Assembly: GCA_030390025.1 (NCBI GenBank)
Contig: CM059441.1
Coordinates: forward strand, 66,898,001 to 66,962,000
Length of the DNA: 64,000 nucleotides
Source of the DNA: Squalus acanthias
Lineage: Eukaryota
Reading direction: 5' to 3'
Shown: in pieces, positions 1 through 64,000 of the stretch
Layout of the letters: each line of letters opens with the position of its first letter
How positions within the stretch are numbered: position 1 is the first letter of the stretch
The notes under the pieces: generated by a model
Databases searched by the model: none
The model's input: the letters and a program-made list of their open reading frames with translations, nothing else
Told to the model about the DNA's origin: nothing
Made by a program: the position numbers and the translations under genes

Positions 1-968
1 CAGAGCGAGTTTTCTTCCATTTTACCCTACCCGCAGGCATTCTGCTGACAGCTATGTCAACACGTCTGCCTTAAACTGCATATGTGTTCAATTGTCCTTG
101 TGGAGAAAAATGGTGATTGAATTCTTTGGAGAGCTTTGTTTTCTTCGTTCTGACATTTGAATGTACAAGCAGCAATGCCCTTGACATTAGGCACTAGACT
201 AATTAGTACAAACACACAAACTGCCACCTACACTTCCACTTATAGCTAGGGGGATTAAAAACAGCCAGAGTTGGAATATAGAGCTCAAATTACAGCAACA
301 GTCAAGTCAAACGCGACAGGTCTTGCACTCGTCTAGGGGAAGTGAGAGGAATTAATGATTTGGCCTCGTACAACGCTGCTGGTTCTCAGTTACGCTATAG
401 TGTTGGTCAAAGTCTATGAGTACCAGATACGTAATGATGTGTAAATTATGCTGCTGTCACGCAATGAATTCTGGCACCAAATTCACTCGAGTGTCCATGT
501 GAATTCTGAGCCAGAGTTACAGTACCAGTAGGCCAAATCCAAAAGCAGTATTGCTGAACCACCTCCAGGGAGACTCCCCAATGCAGGTGGTCAGCTCCGC
601 AAAAACTGTAGAAGTCTACAGGCAGCCCCAGGAACAAATGTGCACTATGACAGCAAAGTGGCATCGCACACACTGAAACTAGTTTATCTACTTTTCACCA
701 CAGGCCCCATTCTCTCTTGGGTCAGTTGGCTCATTCTACGAAGTACACTTGATGCACGTGTCGGTAGGCGCGCCACAGGCGTTAGAATTTCCTCAAACTT
801 AGCGTGCCTTTGCCTGCACATGCTGAGGTTTCGACCAAACTGGTGTGACCTTGCTCACAAGTGAGGAGGTGGCATTTTTAATATACTTCACACCTGCACT
901 CCTAGTAGATTTCCTGTCTGGTATCGCAGTTTACCATCAGTACCTCTTTCATTTAACAAAAAAAATGA

Positions 969-2745
969 ATAAGAACATAAGAACATAAGAAATAGGAGCA
1001 GGAGTAGGCCAATCGGCCCCTCGAGCCTGCTCCGCCATTCAATAAGATCATGGCTGATCTGATCCTAACCGCCAATCTACTATCTATCACAGAACCATCT
1101 CCTGCATCTAACAGAATTGCACACACGAAATAGGAGCAGAATCAGGCTACACGGTCCCTGGGCCCGCTCCACTACCCACAGGGCCATGACCGATCCGAAC
1201 CTAGACTCATGTCCAAATTCCTGCCCGCTCCCCGTAACCCTTAATGCCCTTTACTTCTAGGAAACTGTCTATTTCTGTTTTAAATTTAATTAATGTTGTA
1301 GCTTCTACAGCTTTTTGTGGCAGCATATTCCATGGACCTACCACCCTCTGAGTGAAGTAGTTCCTCCTCATCTCAGTTTTGAAAGAGCAGCCCCTTATTC
1401 TAAGACTATGTCCCCTAGTTCTCGTCTCACCCGTCATCGGGAACATCCTCCCCGCATCCACCCGATCCAACCCCTTCACAATCTTATATGTTTCAATAAG
1501 ATCGCCTCTCATTCTTCTGAACTCCAATGAGTAGAGTCCCAATCTACCCAACCTCTCCTCATATGACCACCCCCTCATCCCCGGGATTAACCGAGTGAAC
1601 CTTTTTTGCACTGCCTCGAGAGCAAGGATGTCTTTCCTTAAGTAAGGACACCAAAACTGTATGCAGTATTCCAGGTGCGGTCTCACCAATACCTTGTACA
1701 ACTGAAGCAATACCTCCCTATTTTTATATTCTATCCCCCTAGCAATGAAAGCCAACATTCCATTTGCCTTCTTAATCACTTGCTGCACCTGCATACTAAC
1801 CTTTTGAGTTTCGTGCACCAGGACCCCCAGATCCCTTTGCACTTCAGTACTCTCCAGTTTCTTGCCATTAAGATAATAAATTGCTCTAGGATTTTTCCTG
1901 CCAAAGTGCATCACCTCACACTTTCCAGTGTTGTATTCCATCTGCCAAATCTCTGCCCACTTACTTAGCCTGTCTATGTCCCCTTGCAGGTTTTTTATGT
2001 CCTCCTCACTCACTACTTTCCCTCCCATCTTTGTATCATCTGCAAATTTTGATATGTTACACTTGGTCCCTTCCTCCAAATCGTTAATATAGATTGTGAA
2101 GAGTTGGGGACCCAGCACTGACCCCTGTGGAACACCACTAGTTACTGATTGCCAGTCTGAGAATGAACCATTTATCCCAACTCTTTGCTTTCTGTTAGAT
2201 AGCCAATCCTCTATCCATGCCAGAATATTACCCCCAATCCTGTGATTTTTTACCTTAAGCAATAATCTTTTGTGTGGCACCTTGTCAAATGCCTTTTGGA
2301 AGTCTAAATACACTACGTCCACTGGTTCCCCTTTATCCACTCTATATGTTACTTCCTCAAAGAACTCCAGCAAATTTGTCAAACATGACTTCCCCTTCGT
2401 AAAACCATGCTGACTTTGTCCTATTAAATTATGATTATCCAAATGTCCTGTTACTGTTTCCTTAATAATGGACTCCAAAATTTTACCTACCACAGATGTT
2501 AGGCTAACCGGTCTATAGTTACCAGCCTTCTGTCTACTGCCCTTTTTAAATAAGGGTGTTACATTAGCAGTTTTCCAGTCTGCCGGGACCTTAGCGGAAT
2601 CCAGGGAGTTTTGAAAAATTATTACCAATGCATCTACAATCCCTACCGCCACTTCCTTCAAGACTCTAGGATGTAAGCCATCAGGTCCAGGTGATTTATC
2701 CGCCTTGAGTCCCATTATTTTACCGAGTACCACTTCCTTAGTAGT
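969..2745 (-). mobile_element. 5'-truncated CR1 LINE with uninterrupted RT reading frame (ORF 1207-2772)
   Basis: KSPGPDG, NYRPVSLT, YLDFQKAFD, GVPQGSVLGP, FADD motifs; (TTCTTATG)n-type 3' tail at about 969-990. Confidence 0.95.
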
Positions 2746-3884
2746 AACAAAGGAACTATTTGTTTTAGCCATTTTCGCCTGGGACTTTAGTTAATGTAAG
2801 CGCTGCTGAAGCTAAAACTTCTAAGACTGCTGAGTGCATCCTGGTGTCAAATCGGCTCTCATGACAGACATGGTTGCATCTCCAAGACAGTTCCACCTCT
2901 CTGCACTCGCGACTGAAACAAATCCCTCATTGCCCTGCCGCGTTCTCCATCCCCCCCGCCGCCACAAACAACCAAGACCAAGGTGTGCAATTTGGGATCG
3001 AATACTCTACTGACCCACATCAGCTTGACATTTAAAAGCGACAGTCCAACCCACACAGTAGACAGTGACGCAGCTCAGGCTTATCAGAATGTACCAGGAA
3101 GTACAATGTGAGCAGAGTCAAAGCAAACTGCAGCCTATCTCGACCTTGCTGCAAACGCCTTGCACCCACTGGCCATCTAGTGCGAATGTTATCAGGCACT
3201 AGCGAAATAAAGTCTGTGGACAGCTGTATAAGCATAAATAATGACCCAAAGCTACAAATTCTACAGATAAAATGAAGTGGGTAGATATGAAACAATGGAG
3301 TGACGGGAAGGTAGTTATTTAATCTCTGGGTTCTGATGGTAACTGTAACGCATTAGGTCTTTACTCTGGTGGTTTAGGATGTTAACTGAAGCGCCTATTT
3401 AGATAATGGCATAATTATGATCACATACCCATTCTTTTCTCAATCAAATTTACTTCCAACCTTTAACAAACTGCAAACTCTTTGCTGGGTACAATCAATT
3501 TTAGATGCCTTTAAAGTTGCAGCCCAACTAAGGGAAACATAATTAATGTCCACTCATTACAGCAAGGCAGATCAATGGGATGAGCTACTACAGAGAAACA
3601 ATGGTGATAGACGCACACACACACACACACACACACCCCGACTACAAAGAAACACGAACAAAAGTAGACCATTCAGCCCCTTGACCCTGTTCCGCCATTT
3701 TATTAGATCATGGCTGATCTGCACCTCACAGACAAAAAGCGGGGATGTGGGACGAAGCACGACTGCTCCTTCAAAGAGCCAGCACAGACACGACGGGCTG
3801 AATGGCCTCCTTCTGTGCTGTAAGTTTCTAATGATTCTGTGACTCCATTTACCTGGCTTTGCTCCATATCCCTTTATACCCTTA

Positions 3885-4660
3885 ACTACTATCTAGATTA
3901 TACTTCTTCCCACCCTGCTTCCTGTAAGGACTCCATTCCCTTCCTCCATTGTCTCCGGCTCTGTAGCAGCTGCTCTGATGATGCCACCTACGGCACCAGA
4001 ACTAAAATGTCCTTTTTTCTCCACCACCATGATAGTCTGACCTGTTTCCCATGCTTCAGCCCTCACCCTTCCCCCTCCAGAACTGTGACAGGGTTCCCCT
4101 TACCCTCACCTTCCATCCCATCAGCCTCCGCATTTGACAGGTCGTCATCTGCCAATTCCACCACCTCCAACATGATCCCACCACCCAACACATGGTTCCC
4201 CTCCCCTCCTCCCTAGTTCACTCTTGCATCGCCTGTACCGCCTACTCTCCTTCCCTTGGCACCTTACAATGCAGGACAAGAGATGTAACGCCTGCCCATT
4301 CATCTCCTCCCACACTACCGTCCAGGGTCCCAAACACTCCTCCTGGGTGAGACAGCGATTTACTTCCTCTTAAGCTAGCACACCCTCATCACTGCTCTTG
4401 GTGCACTCTCCTCTGCATCAGAGAGACCAAATGCAGATTTGGTGACCATTTTGCTGAACACCTCCGTTCTGTCTGCAAACGCGACCCTGAACACACTCTC
4501 GCTTGCTACTTCAATTCCTCCCCATCCCACTCTACCCGCTCCGTCTTTGGCTTTCGGCACTGTTCCAACAAAAAACCCAATGCAAGTCCGAGGAAGAGCA
4601 CCGTATCTTTGTCCGAGGCACTTTATAGCCCTCTGACCTCAATATTGACTTTTAACACGC
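3885..4660 (+). mobile_element. Degenerate Penelope-like retroelement (RT C-terminus plus GIY-YIG endonuclease remnant)
   Basis: YLDYTSSHPASCKDSIPF and ETKCRFGDHFAEHLRSV peptides with frameshifts; related terminal-repeat remnant at about 5030-5155. Confidence 0.8.
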
Positions 4661-5431
4661 CACACCTTAACTGTAGCTCCCATTTTCTTTCTGGCAGGAA
4701 GTGCTGCAATGTGGGATGGATGTGCTGGCGTTTCTGGAGAGGCGGGGGGAAAGAGAAGCAGGCAATCCCCCCTCTCTGTCGAACCACCACGCTGGCGAGA
4801 ATGGTGACCAACCTATCAGGCATCGGGGTCTGCTGGTGCCTGCTCCGTTTTTGCCAGTTTTTCCACATTCCCCTTTCTATATCCGCCCACCCCTTCAGCT
4901 ATTCACACACTCACGCTAATATCAATTCTTCCATCTGACTGTGTGCCCTGTTGCCAATGTAAGCACTTTACAGGTCATTCTATTTCTTTTCCTGTGTGTC
5001 TTGTTCCATTTTAAATGCTGTTCATCTGTAATATCTTCCACTTCTGTTGAAGTGGCTACACCAGAAACGTTAACTCTCTTTCTCCCCAGACACTGAGTGA
5101 TTTCAGCATTTTCCGCTTTTGTTTCAGATTTCCAGCAGCTACAGTATCTTGCTGTTTGTTCATCCTGTTAGCGAATCCCCAAGTACAGTACTACCAAAAG
5201 GAGAAAGCTTTGCTTCCGGTCTCTTTACAGCCCCCCGACTGTACCAGTATACAGGACCTGGCATGATCAGGTGAAATGGAAAACTAAACTTGAATGAGGT
5301 CACTTCAGTTTGAGCCTTTGATGATCATAGATTGTTGTCCCCAAGGAAAGACCACAAGAACAAACGCCTTAAGTATACCTTCGAGCCCTGCAACGGCACG
5401 TTTTAAAAGCCGCTCTCAATGCGTTGCTTAC

Positions 5432-62437
<57,006 letters not shown>

Positions 62438-62626
62438 TCATTTTATTAAAAAAAAGGAAAGCGCGCGGCAGCACTGCACAGAGGGATTCCCCCAGCACTC
62501 CACTGGTCTCCGTCGGTCTGCCGTGGAGAGGGCCCCGAGTGGGGGACCAGACACCTTCCTGCTTGGAAATCAAGTCACACGTAGGCTGCACCATTAAATC
62601 TCTAAAAATCGCCTGGTAACTATTTC

Positions 62627-62895
62627 TGCCAGTTGGAGGAGCCTAGGACTAGGGGACATAGCCTAAACACTGGGAAACACCTCTACACACAAAGGGTGGT
62701 AGAGGTTTGGAACTCTCTTCCGCAAACGGCATTTGATGCAGGGTCAATGGTGAACTTTAAATCTGAGATTTTGAGAGATTTTTGTCAGCCAAAGGTATTA
62801 TGGGATATGTGGAGTTAGCGCACAGAGCAGCCACGATCTCATTGAATGGCGGAACAGGCTCGCGGGGCTGAATGGCCTCCTTCTGTTCCTATGTT
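62627..62895 (+). mobile_element. CR1 LINE 3' fragment
   Basis: RTRGHSL...YTQRVVEVWNSLP peptide and CR1 3' UTR. Confidence 0.85.
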
Positions 62896-62944
62896 CAGAA
62901 TTACTTTAAGGTTAAGAGGTGGCCTGTTGGTGGCTGTCTTTGGG

Positions 62945-63345
62945 GGGGGCAACGGGTAAATGAGCACCTACAAAAATCTCCATGCATCATCCTGAAGGCT
63001 GAGGCAAACAAGTCTCCACAGACCAGAAACATTCCCGGGTCGATCGCTACTCTGAGCGGAGGCAGCCGATCTCGGCTGGGATGGCACTGGACACACTGCG
63101 GTTGGCCTCAGTGCCCTGGAATCCGAAGAGGCAAAAATCTATTCAGGATTCTCATCCCTTGGCTCGGTGGACAGCGAGCCAGCCAGGTGAGGAGTGGGGA
63201 GGACTCGACTCTGGTACCCCCCAACAGTCGGAGGACTTGCCAGCACCAGCCACACAGGCGGGATAATGGAGTGCGACCAGTGCCTGGGAACTGGGTCCTG
63301 GCGAAGCGTCAGTACTTTCAGGACAGAAGGATGGGGCGCGGGAGA
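62945..63345 (+). mobile_element. LF-SINE-like element, degenerate
   Basis: cagaccag...ggtcgatc...gatctcggctggg...ttggcctcagtgccctgg...gtcagtactttcagga resembles the recalled LF-SINE consensus. Confidence 0.55.
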
Positions 63346-64000
63346 CATTTAAATATTCAACCGTCAATTAAAATAAAGCATGATTTTTTTGCTGTTGAAT
63401 ATATTAATGTAATTAAATCCAGCTAAATAATCGACAGCACAAAATAGTTTAATTTCCCCAATAATCGATGGAATAAAATAGTTGAATTTCCCCAGCGTCG
63501 GTGCCAGATTGAGAGCGGTTCACAATAGTTTGAGCACGGGTTTGTTCCCAGGCCGACAGGCAGCTGCTGAGCGAAAGCCCGATACCTACTCACAGGACGA
63601 AGGTAACTCGGTGGGAATCACCTTGCACTCCTCGGGGTGGGGGCCCTTACAGCCCGTGCGTGTGGGGGGAGTCACACTGTGCACTCCAGGGGTGAACATT
63701 CACGCTGGACAACTCGGGGTGGAGTGGGGTGAGACACACACCCAGCCTCTGGGGAGGGAGGGCGGGGAACTCGTACAGCAAATGTCTTGGGAAAAGTCAC
63801 ACCATCGCCCTCGGGGAGGGGGCAGTGTGTGTACTTTGGTGGGGGGAGAGATTCACACTGGGCAACTAGCTCCGCGTTTCTCCCCCCCACCCCGGGGAGC
63901 GGCCGGTCATTCCGCGTCTCTCCCCCCCCAGCCCCTCAAGGGAGGGGCCGCACAAAGCCGCTGGTTCAACAGCGGGAAAGTGCAGGCCTTTGGAGGAAGT

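Noticed and set aside
5379-5387. 9-nt microexon-like cag|GGCTCGAAG|gtatac
   Set aside because: Only 44 nt from the exon VII donor, and phase-incompatible if used instead of exon VII.
62872-63426. 184-aa ORF on + strand
   Set aside because: Runs through a CR1 tail and an LF-SINE-like repeat; no protein motif.

Overview
Vertebrate genomic DNA, most likely a cartilaginous fish (shark), judging by abundant CR1 LINEs, SacSINE1/Deu-type SINEs, LF-SINE-like copies and Penelope remnants. The whole window lies inside one minus-strand gene, CaMKII beta (camk2b). Twelve coding exons can be read with GT-AG boundaries and consistent phases, running from the catalytic-domain PENLL exon (62227-62329) through the regulatory segment to the last linker exon ESSDSSNTTIEDEDVK (5432-5480). 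The 5' exons and the hub-domain exons lie outside the window. Main points of interest: (1) a KRKSSSSVQLM nuclear-localisation exon that mammalian CAMK2B is not known to carry; (2) an in-frame ATG plus hydrophobic leader immediately upstream of the AAKSLL exon, resembling alphaKAP; (3) several candidate unannotated linker exons; (4) a TSD-flanked 183-bp palindrome with a minimal hammerhead-ribozyme motif on each strand; (5) near-identical inverted CR1 copies bracketing the NLS exon. Repeat boundaries are approximate and family names come from recalled consensus resemblance, not from a search.
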